Notes: generated from the letters alone by a model not told the origin. DNA of 64,000 nucleotides from Malacoraja senta (GCA_038087875.1 JAXLNO010000655.1:434001-498000); one strand, 5' to 3'; shown: positions 27,398 to 43,365, counted from the first letter of the stretch. A program made the numbers and translations.

Positions 27398-28300
27398 TTG
27401 ATTTAGGGAACGGGGGTTCCCCTCTTCCATTATAGATGAGGCTCTCACTAGGGTCTCCTCGATATCCCGCAACTCCGCCCTTGCTCCCCCTCCCCCTTCG
27501 TAACAAAGACAGAGTCTCCCTTGTCCTCAACTTCCACCCCATCAGCCGTCGCATACAGCATATAATCCTCCGTCATTTTCGCCACCTCCAACAGGATCCC
27601 ACTACTGGCCACATCTTCCCATCTCCACCCCTTTCTGCTTCCCGTGGAGACCGTTCCCTCCGCAACTCCCTAATCAACTCGCCCCATCCCACCTAAACCA
27701 CCCCCTCCCCAGGTACTTTTCCCTGCAAACACCTGTCCCTTTACCTCCCCTCTCGACTCTGTCCAAGGACCCTGACAGCCTTTTCAGGTGAGGCAGAGGT
27801 TCACTTGCACCTCCTCCAACCTCACCAACTGTATCTGCTTTTCCAGATTTCGACTCCCGTATATCAGCGAGACCAAGCGCAGGCTCGGCGATCGTTTTGC
27901 TGAACAACTCTGCTCAGTCCGCCTAAACCTACCTGATCTCCCGGTTCCTCAGGACTTTAACTCCCCCTCCCATTCCCAATCTGACCTTTCTGTCCTGGGC
28001 CTCCTCCATTGTCAGAGTCAGGCCCAGCGCAAATTAGAGGAACAGCACCTCATACTTAGCTTGGGCAGCTTACACCCCAGCGGTATAAACATTGATTTCT
28101 CTAACTTCAAGTACCCCTTGCTTTCTCTCTCTCTCCATCCCCTCCCCCTTCCCAGTTCTCCCACCAGTCTTACTGTCTCCAACTACATTTTATCTCTGTA
28201 CCGCCCACTCCCCTGACATCAGTCGGGAGAAGGGTCTCGACCCGAAACATCAGCGGTGCTGCCTGTCCCGCTGAGTTACTCCAGCATTTTGTGTCTACCT
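27398..28300 (+). mobile_element. Penelope-like element 3' part: GIY-YIG endonuclease remnant plus pseudo-LTR
   Basis: RVSLVLNFHP..; RQRFTCTSSNL..C..YISETKRRLGDRFAE..FNSPSH..RKLEEQHLI..LGSLHPSGIN. Followed by a degenerate hammerhead motif at ~28222-28250. Confidence 0.9.
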
Positions 28301-29552
28301 ACACAGCATTAATCCTACCTCCGCAGTGTACAATATGGACTCCAATGGATTTGTTTTTTTTTAGTAATTGGGTTTTGCACCAATGTATTAATTTATTTTG
28401 CACTGCATCTACTTTCATTTAGAAATTTAATATATAACTAGAATAAGCACAGACCCATTGGGTCTCTCCCCCAACACAATATTCCACCACTCACCCGTTC
28501 CCCCAATGCAACCCGTTCCCCCAATGCAATATTCCACCACTCATCCATAGCCCCCAACTGTGCAGGCGCGGCTCATTTCCCCTCATCCCCCAGCAATCCC
28601 TCCCCCTTCTCTTCACCCTCCCTCTTCTTTCCCCTCTCCTCCTCCCCTCCCCCAATCCCTCCCTCACCTTCCCCTCTCCTCGCTGCGGGCCGTGTCCACC
28701 GGCTGTGTGCCTCTGTTGCTGCTGCAAGCAAGATTTTCTTTGCACCTGTACCTCAGCGTGCTTGTGCATAAGGTAATAAACTCGACTTGACTTGATTCCC
28801 GTCGATCCCTGTCAACAGTGGTCCAGGGGGCAAAAACTCCAGCCATGCTCTCTTGGATCCTACCTCTCAGTCCCAAGACATGGAGAGAGAGCAGCATCAA
28901 TGGCTGCCTCCACGTGGGGATTCCAGGTGACAAGCCAGACACAGGAAGAACCACCATTTACCGCTAACGAGCTAGTTTTAAACTCAGGGTGACGCAGTGG
29001 CGCAGTCGTAGAGTTGCTGCCTTACACCCCCAGGGACCCGGGTTACATTCTGATTATGGGTGCTGTCCGTGCGGAGTTTGTACGCCTTCCTTGTGACCAT
29101 GTGGGGTTTCTCCGTGTGCTCCGGTTTCCTCCCACATTGGAAAGATGTGTAGGTTTGTAAGTTAATTGCAAGTTAATTGTCATCTGTAAATTGCCCCGAG
29201 TGTGTAGGATCCAAAACTGGGATAACATAGAACTAGTCAGTTGGCTATTGTTGGTCGGTGCAGACTCGGTGAGACAAAACATTTTAGGTTGGGACCCTTC
29301 CTCAGACTGACTCAATGCATAGGTGACGTTTTGGATCAGGGCCCTTCCTCAGACTGATTCACTTTGTGTTACTCCAGCACTTTGTGTTTTTTGCTCAAGA
29401 GTCCAGCATCTGCATTTCCTTGTTTATCGCTAGTTCTAAACGAAGGCAACCTCAAATCAAGATCGGTTGTAGATAAACACAAGAGCAAAGCCAAAACAAT
29501 TAGTGACCTCGGGGGGAAACATTGCGTAGGAATATCGGATAATGGCACTCAC

Positions 29553-29626
29553 CTCTCTCACACAGTCTCTTGGTAAGCGCCCCATCATCTTGAAACCAGA
29601 TTATCCGCTTCTGCACAATGCTTGCT
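29553..29626 (-). CDS. spon1: Spondin-1-like coding exon 4 (74 bp)
   Basis: tttgcag| acceptor; ASIVQKRIIWFQDDGALTKRLCER; |gtgagt donor; phases consistent with neighbouring exons. Confidence 0.95.
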
Positions 29627-32224
29627 CTGCAAAATGAAATGGTCGATGAGTCTCTACACCCGGGGACTAGTATGGGCAGCACCGCAGAATGAGAGACACA
29701 ATTGAAAGAAACACATTGTTCTGCCTGGGTAATTGTTGACTTCATAATGGAAACCTCCTGGGTGTGAAATATGAGAGCAAGGAAGAACAAAGTTGAATTC
29801 ATACACAAGATTTTTTTGTTCTGTTCCTGGGTCGTCCCAGACGTATTTCACATCCAATAGTTACTTTGACATTGGTTAGGGTTAGGATCATTTCTACCGT
29901 CAGCAAATAGGAGTGGAATTGTCTTCTGTAAATTGCCCCTAGTGTGCAGGATGCAAAACTGGGATAACATAGTCAGTTGGCAATTGTTGGTCGGTCCACA
30001 CATAGTAACTCTCAAGAGCGGAGTTACAAAGGATAAGTGGAAGAAAGACGGTCTTTGATACGTACAATGTGATAATGCCAAGATCTAGGGTGGTGGGTGG
30101 GATACCCATCAAGTGGGCAACTTAGTCCTCAATGGTATCAAGCTTCTTGAGTGTTTAGAACTACACTTATCTGGGCAAGTGCAGGGTATTCGATCACATT
30201 CCTGACTTGTATCATGTCAATGGTGGAAAGATTTCAGGGAATATTTTGGAATGTGTGGTAAAGAAAAAAATAATTTATAAATAGTGAATTGAAATTGTGT
30301 GTGTGTGTGTGCGTGTGTGTGCGTGTGTGTGTGATGGTGTGTGTGTGTGTGCGTGTGTGTGCGTGCATATGTGTGTGATGGCGTGCGTGTGTGTGTGTGC
30401 GTGTGTGTATGTGTGCTTCATTATTATTAACGAGCTCCCAGAAGAGGTAGTTGAGGCAGGGACTATCGCTACCTTTAAGGAACAATTAGACAGGTACATG
30501 GATAGGACAGCTTCAGAGGGGTATGGGCCAAACGCAGGCTGGTGAGACTAGTGTAGATGGGACACGTTGGTCGGTGTGGGCAAGTTGGGCCTGTTTGTAT
30601 GCTGTATGATGATATTTTATATATATATATATACATAATAACTAATTTTATGTTATAAAATTCATTTTATAACATAAATATGAATTCATACCTTATAAAA
30701 TATTATTAAAATATTTCAATCAATATCAGGGTAATGTGAAAGGTCAAATGCCAAATTACAATGGAAGGTTGCAAGGTGGATGTGCACATTGATGACATCT
30801 TATGTCAACTGAAGGAGGCCACTTGGCCCATCAGGTCCCTGCTGACTCTTCCGAGAGTAATCCTCCCTGCCCCAACAACCCCTCTCCATATTCCCCAATA
30901 CACCGGTAACTTAATCTCTCTCACACATACAAATTATTCAGCAGGAGTTGGATAGCATGGAAATTCAGGATACACCAATACAAAGGTAACAGTTGTAAGT
31001 GAAGAAGTCTTTCCTTTAAAATAATAGGAAGTCTGAATTGCAATCAAAAATCATTCACTCCCACTGATGTGGCTTTATTTGCAGGGAAAATTACCAAGTG
31101 TTCAATTATAATCAATGAGGAGCTTGGTCTACAAAAGCATATTAGTTAATTATTTTTTCTCACGAATTGGGCATTACTGGCAAAGCCGGTATTTATTGTG
31201 CATCCCATTTATTAATTGTCCCTGAAAAGGTGGTGAGCTACCTTCTTGAACTGCTGCAGTCTATTACAGAGCTCGTACAGAACTGTTTAGTTTAGTGATA
31301 CAGCGTGGAAACAGGTCCTTCGGCCCACCAAGACCTCACCCACCAGCCATCCCAGCGCACAAGCACTATCCTACACACTCGGAACAAATTACAATCTTTA
31401 CTGAAGCCAATTAATCCTATTTGGTTACAAACCTGTACGTCTTTGGAATGTGGAAGGAAATCGGAGTACCTGGGGAAAACCCACACGGTCACAGAGAGAA
31501 TGTACAAACCGTACAGATAACACCCGTTGTCAGGATTGAGCCCAGGTCTCCGGCACTGTAAGGCAGCAACTCTACCGCTACTCCTCTGAGCCGCCCAGGG
31601 TGAGAATTTCAGGATTTAGACCCAGGTACAATAAAGGAAGGTGTGTGATATATTCACTAAACAGGTTGTGGAGTGAGATAGAAGTTGTGTTCCCCTGCAC
31701 CTAATGTCCTTTGGTGGTATAGGTCAAGTCTTTGGGATGTACCTAGATGAGAAACCACCGTGCGTTTTATAGATGATAACACTGTGGTCACCGTGTGCTG
31801 ATAGTGGATGCAACAAACATTTACTGTGGTGATCAAATGCCATTTATGCAGGCTGCTTTACTTATCCCTAGGTACCCATTCTCTGACTTGCACTTGTACC
31901 TGTACCACCTATTTATATGGCTGTTATATGGCACCATGTTCAGCATGGACATTGTGGGCTGAAGTGCTTGTCCCTGTGGTGTACTCGTCTAAGTTCTATC
32001 CACTGGGGGGACTTTACTAACTGCTGGGTGGGACATTTCCATGGCCAAATTTGAACCATAGGTGGATGAGCCTGGAGTCACATAAAGACCAGACCTGAAG
32101 AGTATTCATTAGGCAGATAGTTCTACAATTTATGTCGTCACCGTGAGCAAAATTAGTTATTTTTCCTAATACCAAGTTATTAACCATTTGGGCAGCACAG
32201 TAGCGCAGCAGTAGAGTGCCTTGA

Positions 32225-32519
32225 AGGCCCTGTCCCACGATGCGAGTTTACCCAAGAGCTCTCCCGAGTTTTTAAAAAATCAAACTCGTGGTAAGTATGT
32301 AGAATATACGTAGCGGGTACGTCGCAGCTCGTGGACGTCTCGTAGCGGCTCGTAATGCTAACGGCAGGTACTCGGGAAACGCGGAAACTCGTGAAGTTTT
32401 TTCAACAGTGTGAAAAATTTCCAAGAGTAAAAAAATACTCGTGATGAAGTACCACGAGTTCGATTTTTTTTTAAACTCGGGAGAGCTCTTGGGTGAACTC
32501 GCATCGTGGGACAGGCCCT
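32225..32519. mobile_element. Harbinger-type MITE inserted in a V-SINE head
   Basis: Interrupts gcc-tta-cagc of the SINE; same TIRs. Confidence 0.85.
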
Positions 32520-33344
32520 TTACAGCACCAGAGACCCAGGCTCAATCCTGACTATGGGTGTTATCGGTGCGGAGTTTGTATGTTCTCCACGTGACCACGT
32601 GGGTTTTCTCCGGGTGCTCTGGTTTCTGCCCGCAATCCAAAGACGTACAGGTTTGTAGGTTAATACGACTCAGTGGGCCAAAGGGTTTGTTTCTGTGCTG
32701 TATCTCTAAAACTAAACTAAATTAAAAGCTAAACTGCCACAACTGCATAATTTAAATAGTTTTAAATTCCAATGGTTCAGACACTAAAAAAATAATTAAA
32801 GACTGCGATCCTCTGGTTTTTTCATTGTAGATTTTGAAATGACACATTTTCGCTGGTCCATTAATTTAATTTCAGATTCACACCCTCCCTGTGTGTACTG
32901 CAGAAGGTTGATCTTGCTTGGTTTGTTCAATCCAGCTGCATTATAGCCCAGTTAAAACAGTGCAACAATGAACCTATAATGGAAGCAAAGAACTGCAGAT
33001 GCTGGTTTATACCAAAGATAGACATAAAGTGCTAGAGTAACTCAGTGATAGGCAGACAGCATCTGTGGAAAAAAAAAAGATAGATGACGTTTCAGGGCGG
33101 GTCCCGACCCAAATCGTCACCTGTCCTTTTTCTCCAGAGATGCTGCCTGACCCGTTGAGTTACTCCAGCATCTTGTGTCTGTCTATCTTTGCAACAATGA
33201 ACTTGTCTGATGCATAAGGCCCGCAGGTGAATCCGGTGAAATGAGAATACAGCACAACTTGCCGTGCAGGGTGGGGGGAAAGCAAGGATAAGATTATAAG
33301 CATGTTATTGAATCGACAAGCGCAGTTGCTCAGTGCAGCTCACA

Positions 33345-33450
33345 GCTCAGATGGTTCAAGCACTGCTCCGGAGATTTGAATTGAAACATCCAAGTTGATC
33401 TTCACAGCACGATACTGAGGAAGTGCTGCATTGCCGGGGATGATGTTTGA
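33345..33450 (+). mobile_element. Ancient DeuSINE-like (SacSINE1/AmnSINE1-type) remnant
   Basis: gatactgaggaagtgctgcattgccgggg resembles my recollection of the Deu-domain consensus. Another possible piece at 51230-51300. Confidence 0.45.
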
Positions 33451-35339
33451 TCCAATGCCTTTAGACGCTGGAGACACAGTGTGGAGACAGGCCCTTTGGC
33501 CCACCCAGTCTGTGCCGACCTGAGATCACCCCGTACACTAGCACTATCTCACACTCAGGGGACGATTTACAATTTTACTGAAGCCAATTAACCTACAATT
33601 CTGTACGCCTTAGGAGTGTGGGAAGAAACCGGAGCACCCGGAGAAAACCCACGCGGTCACAGGGAGAACGTACAAACTCCACACAGGTGGCACCGGAGGT
33701 TAGGATTGAACCTGGGTCTTGGGGCGCTGTGAGGAAGCGGCTCTATTGGTTGTAGCTAAGTGCTGCCTTGTTGAAGGGAGTTGGCTACTTGCTTGGCCTT
33801 GATGTACCTCTGCAAACATGTTGCAGTGAACCTTGGACTAAAACCTGTGGTCTGTGATGCCACTCGATGCCAACACTGCATCATGGTATCACGATCATCG
33901 CGGGATCTCTTTGGTAAAGGACACTACCTCTCCCAATATTTGACGGGGCAGCCAAACTCATTAAAGAAATCACACATACAGTTTTTATTTTACTTTTAAA
34001 ACATCACAAAGGGTGCAAAATCTCCTCAGCAAATCTGATCTTGCCTTTGGTTGCACTAGGGACTTTGGTTTTGCACTATTATGGTTACCTAGAGTTGCTG
34101 ATTATTAATTAATTGTGTTATTGATTAGACTTTAGACTTCAGAGATGGAGCGCGGAAACAGGCCCTTCGGCCCTCCGATTCCGTGCCGACCAGCGATCAC
34201 CCAATACATTAACACTATCCTGCAATAGGGACAATTTACAATTTTACCAAAGCCAATTAACCCACAAAACCTGTACGTCTTTGGAGTGTGGGAGGAAACC
34301 GGAGCCCTTGGAGGAAACACACACGGTCACAGGGAGAACGTACAAACTCTGTACAGACAGCACCCATAGTCAGGATCGAACCCGGGTCTCTGACGCTTTA
34401 AGGGAGCAACTCTACCGCTGCGACATAAGCCCAATATTATATATTAACATCTCTGTAATTGCGTTAATGGGCCTGTTAAACTGCAGCATGTAAAAATCTC
34501 ATTGGAAAGAGGGCAGTGGAGGCCAAATCACTGGATGGATTTAAGAGAGAGTTAGATAGAGCTCTAGGGGCTGGAGGAATCAAGGGATATGGGGAGAAGG
34601 CAGGCACGGGTTATTGATTGGGGACGATCAGCCATGACCACAATGAATGGCGCTGCTGGCTCGAAGTGCCGAATGGCCTCCTCCTGCACCTATTTTCTAT
34701 GTTTCTATGACACAAAATGCTGGAGTAACTCAACGGGACAGGCAGCATCCTTGGAGAACACAGATAAGTGACATTTCAGGTCACGATCCTTCTTCAGACC
34801 GCATAATTGCGTTGTTCCGTTGCCCAAACATATGACAATTAAAGATTTTTGACTCTTGAAAGATTCTTGCATTTGCACACGACTCAAGTATAAGCTGAAA
34901 TATCCTAAGTAATTTTATAGAATGATAAAACCTCTTGTATTTTGTGAATATCAATGTGAATTATCTTAATTGCTTTTAATATTGGAGCAGATAGATTGTT
35001 AAGCAGTAATTATGCCTTCAATGTCACACAGATCACATGCAACAAAGCAGAAGCATTTCATGGTATTTTAAACTGTTAGCGGTTGTTAAAAAGCTGAGAT
35101 TGAAGCCACTTTCACGCAATTTTCCCTGATTGCACTGGCAAATTCTGCAGAACTCAGACAAATCACCAAAAGCAACTTTAGGGAATTTTGTGTGAACATA
35201 TCATCATTGAGACATACAGCAGCGTCCATGCTGTGCAAGATGCCCATCTCAGTTCATCCTGCAACGTCACTCATTCCTTCTCTCCAGAGATGCTGCCTGT
35301 CCCACTGAGTTACTCCAGCATTTTGGAGCTCATCTTAGT

Positions 35340-36655
35340 CCCATTTGCCTGCACTTGACATATGTCACCTTTAACCATTCCTATCCATGTACCTGTCCAA
35401 ATAGCGTTTAAATGTTGCTATTGTACCTACAGCTCATTCCATGTCCACACCAAATGCCGTGTAAAGGTTTCTTCAATGAACTTCATGGTCACACCAAAGC
35501 CCAAAACGCCAACCATCCTCTGTGTAAAAAAGTTGCCCCTCATGTCCCTATTAATTCTTACTCCTCTCACCTTAAACCCATGTTTTCTAGTTCTTGATTC
35601 ACCGACCCTTGGAAAAAGACTGTCCATTCACTCTATCTATTCCACTCCTGATTTTATACACCTCTATAAGATCACTCCTCAACCTTCAGCGCTTCAAGGG
35701 ATAAAGTCCAAGCCTGTCCACTCTCTCCTCATAGTTCAGGCCCTCTATCCTGGCAACATCCTCATCAATCTTCTCCGCACTCTTTCCAACTGAACGACAT
35801 CCTTCCAAGAGAAGGGTGGCCAAAATTCAACACAATACTCCTAAAGCCCCTGTCCCACGATGCGAGTTTACCCAAGAGCTCTCCCGAGTTTAAAAAAAAA
35901 AATCTAACTCGTGGTACTTCATCACGAGTATTTTTTTACTCTTGGAAATTTTTCACACTGTTGAAAAAATTTCACGAGTTTCACGAGCTTACCGCGTTTC
36001 CCGAGTACCTGCCGTTAGCGTTACGAGCCGCTATGAGACGTCCCCGAGCTCTGACGTACCCGCTACGTACATTCTACGTACTTCGCACGAGTTTGATTTT
36101 TTTTTTTAAACTCTGGAGAGCTCTTGGGTAAACTCGTATAGTGGGACAGGCCCTTAACACTTGGAGCGCTGTGTGCAGTTCTGGTCACCCAGCTATAGGA
36201 AGAATGTCATTAAGTTGGAAAGGGTGCAGAAGAGATTCACCGGGATGTAAGCCGGATGTGTGGGCTTGAGTTATAAGGAGAGGGTGGATAGGTTGGGACA
36301 TGTTTTTGGAATGTAGGAAGCTGAGGGGTGACCTTATTATTGAGGTATACGAGATCACGAAGAGTCTTTTTCCCAGGGCAAAGGTTTCTAAAAGTATAGG
36401 GCATAGGCTTAGAGAGGGAGGGGAGAGATTTAAGAAGAACCTGAGGGGCAATGTTTCACTCAGGAATGAGCTGCCAGAGTTAGCTACAGGATTAGATACA
36501 ATGACATCTTTTAAAACACCTTTGGACAGATATATGGATAGGAAAGGTTTAGAAAGCTATGGGCCTAATGCAGACAAATGGCACGAGGCCAGAATGCCAG
36601 CTTGGTTGTCACGGTCAAGGTGGGCTGAAAGGCCTGGTTCCATGCTGTACAGTTC
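35340..36655. mobile_element. Two degenerate CR1 3' fragments (minus 35340-35840, plus 36160-36655) on either side of a MITE
   Basis: CR1 C-terminal peptides in ORFs 35427-35627 and 36300-36875. Confidence 0.8.
35845..36154. mobile_element. Harbinger-type MITE (same family)
   Basis: TAA TSD on both sides; TIRs of about 45 bp. Confidence 0.88.
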
Positions 36656-36855
36656 TGCGACTCTCGGAAAGGTTGAGAAAGCGATGGGCCAAATGGCTGT
36701 CCCACCACCTCCCTATTGCTCCTCTCCCCACAGCCCAAGTCCTGGCAGCATCCTCGTACACCTTCTCTGCACCAGTGTGCGGTGGGTGTGGAGTTATCAG
36801 CTGGGGCAGCTGGAACCTGGGCCGGAGCTGACACCGGATGTGAGCCACCACTTAC

Positions 36856-36989
36856 TTCAGCACGACGCAGCCTGATCCAGGGGGCGGTGCCGTCCACAAC
36901 ACCTGGATGCGTGTCCTCCTCCTGGGGGTGCTCTCCGTCACGGCGTACGGGCAGTTGGTCATGAACTGCGAGTCCTCATGGTCAACTAT
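36856..36989 (-). CDS. spon1: Spondin-1-like coding exon 3 (134 bp)
   Basis: tgcag| acceptor; IVDHEDSQFMTNCPYAVTESTPRRRTRIQVLWTAPPPGSGCVVLK (reeler domain); |gtaagt donor. Confidence 0.95.
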
Positions 36990-37282
36990 CTGCATGTTGA
37001 GAGTGGGAGGCAACAAGGGAGCTTCGTCAGTGGTAAATACGCAAAGTTAGACCCGTAACTCCAAGGGCTGGCACGATTGCCGCCTCACGGCACCATAGAC
37101 CCGGGTTCGATCCCGACTACGGGTGCTGTCTGTACGGAGCTTGCACGTACTCCCACGTGACCTGCTTGGGTTTTCTCCGAGATCTTTGATTTCCTCCCAC
37201 ACTCCAAAGACGTACAGATTTGTAGGTTAATTGGCTTTGATAAATTTGTAAATTGTCCCTTGTGTGCTTAGGACAGTGTTAG

Positions 37283-37918
37283 TGCTAGCATTTATTTCAA
37301 GAGGGCTTGTATACAAAAACAGGGATGTAATGCTGAGGCTCTATAAGGCGTTGGTAAGGCCGCATTTGGAATATTGTGAGCAATTTTGGGCACCATATCT
37401 GAGGAAAGATGTGCTGGCTCTGGAGAGGGTCCAGAGGAGGTTTACAAGAATGATCCCAGGAATGAGTAGGCTAACCTATGATGAGCATTTGTCGACACTG
37501 GGCCTGTACTCGCTGGAGTTTAGAAGAATGAGGGGGGACCTCATTGAAACATACAGAATAGTGAAAGGCTTGGATAGAGTGGATGTGGAGAGGATGTTTC
37601 CATTAATGGGAGAGTCTAGGACTAGAGGTCATAGCCTTAGAATTAAAGAACGCTCTTTTAGGAAGGAGATGAGGAGAAATGTATTCAGTCAGAGGGTGGT
37701 GAATCTGTGGAATTCTTTGCCACTGAACGCTGTAGAGACCAAGTCAGTGGATATTTTTAAGGCAGAGATAGATAGATTCTTGATTAGTACAGGTGTCAGG
37801 AGTTATAAGGAGAAGGCAGGAGAATGGGGTTAGAAGGGAGAGATAGATCCACCATGATTGAATGGCGGAGTAGACTTGATGGGCCGATTGGCCTAATTCT
37901 GCTCCAATCACTTATGAA
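37283..37918 (+). mobile_element. CR1 LINE 3' fragment
   Basis: ORF 37264-37833 ([24 protein letters not shown]...VNLWNSLP) followed by a CR1 3' UTR. Confidence 0.93.
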
Positions 37919-37926
37919 CAATTACA

Positions 37927-38510
37927 TATGTAGGAGAGAACTGCAGATGCTGGTTTACATCGAAGATAGACTACAAAATGCCGGAGTAACTCAGCGGGTC
38001 AGGCAGCATCTTTGGAGAAAAGGAATATGTGTCGCTTCAGGGCGAGACCCTTCTTCAGACTGAGAGTCAGGGGAGAGGGAAACTAGAGGTACGAAAAGCT
38101 TCAGAACAAATCAGAGCCGGTACCGACGACCAAGGAAAAGTGGAGCCCACAATGGTCCATTGTGGGCTGTGAAAAAGAGGTGATAACAAATGGATACATG
38201 GATGTGAACAGTGGAACTAGCAGGATGACTAGGGTGGGGAAGGGGCGGAGAGAGAGGGAATGCAAGGGTTACTTGAATTTAGAGAAATCAATGTTCATAC
38301 CGCCAGGTGGTAAACTGTCCAAGCAAAATATGAGATGCTGTTCCTCCAATTTGCATATGGCCTCACTCTTACAGCGGAGGAGGCCCAGGACAGAAAGGTC
38401 AATGTGGGAATGGGAAAGGGAGTTAAAATATTTGGTGACCGGGAGACCGCGTGGCCCAAGGCGGACTGAGCGGAAAGGTGTTCAGCGAAATGATCGCCCA
38501 GTCTGCATCA
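37927..38510 (-). mobile_element. Penelope-like GIY-YIG and pLTR fragment
   Basis: Reverse complement of the 26125-26745 family. Confidence 0.85.
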
Positions 38511-38701
38511 ACAATTACATGCTGACCTTAGCATATCTTCAAGACTGAATGTAGAACATGTAAATATATATGATGAATGTATTCATACAATTACAGCAAT
38601 TCTCAAGTTTCTTATGCTGATCTATAAATCCCAAGGCAGTTGCAAACAACCCCCTCAGCCTTCTGTCTGGTGAGGGGTCTCGACCCGACCGGACCCTCAG
38701 T

Positions 38702-38729
38702 CTGATGAAGGGTCTCGACCGGAAACGTC
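38702..38729 (+). ncRNA. Minimal hammerhead ribozyme motif (CUGAUGA variant, one stem II mismatch)
   Basis: ctgatgaagggtctcgaccggaaacgtc; a partial tandem copy precedes it at ~38667-38690. Confidence 0.55.
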
Positions 38730-39107
38730 ACCCATTCCTTCTCTCCGGGGATGCTGCCGGTCCCGCTGAGTTACTCCAGCTTTTTTGCGTCTATCTTCGG
38801 TCTCAGTGAAACTATCGGATTGTTCACAAGTGTCGTCTGAGAGTGGGGAAATCTTCCGTCATTCCCCAGCCCGATGCAGACGTTACTCCCGATCCACAGT
38901 ATTGCAATCAACCCTGAACTGCCCTTGCATGCCAGTCTGTTTAGAGGCAATTGATGGTGGGAAATGAATGCTGGATTTTCCCACATAGAGCATAGAGCAG
39001 AGCAGCACAGGAACTGTTCCTTCAGCCCACAATGTTTGCACCAAACATGATGCCAATATAAACTTATCTCCTCTGCCTGTGCCTGTCCGTTTAAATGCCT
39101 CCACCAC

Positions 39108-39307
39108 NNNNNNNNNNNNNNNNNNNNNNNNNNNNNNNNNNNNNNNNNNNNNNNNNNNNNNNNNNNNNNNNNNNNNNNNNNNNNNNNNNNNNNNNNNNNN
39201 NNNNNNNNNNNNNNNNNNNNNNNNNNNNNNNNNNNNNNNNNNNNNNNNNNNNNNNNNNNNNNNNNNNNNNNNNNNNNNNNNNNNNNNNNNNNNNNNNNNN
39301 NNNNNNN
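39108..39307. other. Assembly gap (200 N)
   Basis: Run of N in intron 2. Confidence 1.
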
Positions 39308-39429
39308 CAACTTGTGGGCAGGGGTTACATGTTGGCTGCAGTTTAGATATTTCATTCGGGAATTATTGTAATTCCAGGACATTTTTTTCCCATTAAATTC
39401 TCTTTATTTCACACAAATGACACAGGCTG

Positions 39430-40738
39430 TTCTCACACACACACAGTCACACAAACACACACACACACTCTCCTCACACACACACAGTCACACAAACACA
39501 CACACGCACTCTCCTCACACACACACAGTCACACAAACACACACACAGTCACACAAACACACACACACACTCTCCTCACACACACACACACTCTCCTCAC
39601 ACACACACAGTCACACAAACACACACACACTCTCCTCACACACACACACAGTCACACAAACACACACACACACTCTCCTCACACACACACACAGTCACAC
39701 AAACACACACACACACTCTCCTCACACACAGTCACACAAACACACACACACACTCTCCTCACACACACGCACTCTCCTCACACACACACACAGTCACACA
39801 AACACACACACACACACTCTCCTCACACACACACAGTCACACAAACACACACACACACTCTCCTCACACACACACAGTCACACAAACACACACACAGTCA
39901 CACAAACACACACACACACTCTCCTCACACACACACAAACACACACACACACTCTCCTCACACACACACAGTCACACAAACACACACACACACTCTCCTC
40001 ACACACACACAGTCACACAAACACACACACACACTCTCCTCACACACACACAGTCACACAAACACACACACACTCTCCTCACACACACACAGTCACACAA
40101 ACACACACACAGTCACACAAACACACACAGTCACACAAACACACACACAGTCACACAAACACACACACAGTCACACAAACACACACACACACTCTCCTCA
40201 CACACACAGTCACACAAACACACACACAGTCACACAAACACACACACAGTCACACAAACACACACACAGTCACACAAACACACACACACACACACTCCTC
40301 ACACACACACACAGTCACACAAACACACACACACACACTCTCCTCACACACACAGTCACACAAACACACACACACACTCTCCTCACACACACACAGTCAC
40401 ACAAACACACACACAGTCACACAAACACAGTCACACAAACACACACACACACACTCTGTTCACACACACTGTTCACACACACATGCACGCTCTATCCTCA
40501 CACAAGCACACTATTCTCTCACACACACACACACTATCTACTCTCACACACTATTTACACTCACACACACACTCACGCTCGCTTCCTATTCTCCCACACA
40601 CTCTCACACACTCCTCACACGTACACACTGCTCACCATTGACATATACTACTCGTGTGCATATTGCTCACACACATGGCTCACGTTTTCACAAATGTACG
40701 CACACTGATACATACATTCTCAGTCTCACACACACCAT

Positions 40739-40811
<73 letters not shown>

Positions 40812-40813
40812 AT

Positions 40814-40856
<43 letters not shown>
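39430..40856. repeat. Compound (CA)n-rich satellite
   Basis: Recurrent cagtcacacaaa(ca)n and ctctcct(ca)n units, then pure (CA)n. Confidence 0.95.
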
Positions 40857-40858
<2 letters not shown>

Positions 40859-41538
40859 CTGATACACTCTGACCAACACATTTCCATTGAATGAGGGCTA
40901 TATACCTATATATGTACAGACCTGTTCACTCATATATTTGTATCAAAAAGGCCCAATTGAATTTCCAACACAATGCTCATTGCTAGAAATCATACACGTA
41001 CACAAAAAACACAATTGGAATTTGAAAACAAATATATTACTCTTCCATTAGTGGGCAATAATTGTAACCCAGATTCACAGAGGCATGCGCAACCCGATCA
41101 GAAAGGAGGCAGGCAGCTTGATTTGGTGTCTGTGTATATCTTTGTCAATTGTGGGTGTGAGAGAGGAGAGGGTGGAGAGGATGGGAGGGGGGGAGATTGT
41201 GGGCAGAGAGGGGGGGGGGAGAGAGGATGTGGGGTGGGAAGAGGAAGAGGAAGGAGGGAGTGAGAATGGGGGGGGGAGAAGGGAGTGGAGAATGTTGTAG
41301 GGAGAGAGAAGAGGAGAGGGAGTGGGGGGGATGAGCTCGGGGAAGGGGTGTGAGGATGGGGGAGTGGGGAACAAGGTGGGAGCCGAGGCAGTGGGGGAGG
41401 GGGGGGAACAGCGGAATGGGGAGGGAGGATGGGGGAGGGGGAGAATGAGCGGATTGGGTAGCGAGTGGGTGGGGACGGAGGTGTGGGGGTGTGTGGGAAC
41501 GGGGCAATAAGGACGAGTGCTGCTGCTTGTCACTTTAC

Positions 41539-41645
41539 CTGAAAATTCCCAGCGTAATCCTCCTCCCTGTGTCCATCCTCACCTTCCCGCAGAGCAATGA
41601 TGGTGAATCCCCGGAAATAGAAGGGGAGGGTGGCTGAGAGGGTGG
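41539..41645 (-). CDS. spon1: Spondin-1-like coding exon 2 (107 bp)
   Basis: ttgtttcag| acceptor; (A)TLSATLPFYFRGFTIIALREGEDGHREEDYAGNFQ; |gtaaag donor; phase compatible with exon 1. Confidence 0.93.
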
Positions 41646-41899
41646 CTGAAACAAGAGAGGAACAAGCAAGAAGGTGACCATGCAGGAAATCCTGACACCA
41701 GCTCTTCCAAGTTAGCAAATAGGTTTCAAATGTCCTGCCAGTGGCAAGGCTCGCCTCGCGGAAAGAGAGATATTTTAACAGCTAACTTATCACCGATGGG
41801 ATTTCTGTTCAGGGAGAATTTGGTTCGCAAACACATTGCGAAAGCCCCTGAAACAATGGCAGAGGGAAACAGTGAAATATACATGTTCACGCATGCACC

Positions 41900-43365
<1,466 letters not shown>

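Noticed and set aside
39417..40862. 481-aa His/Thr-rich ORF
   Set aside because: Translation of a (CA)n-rich satellite that cannot contain stop codons in this frame. It is antisense within an intron.
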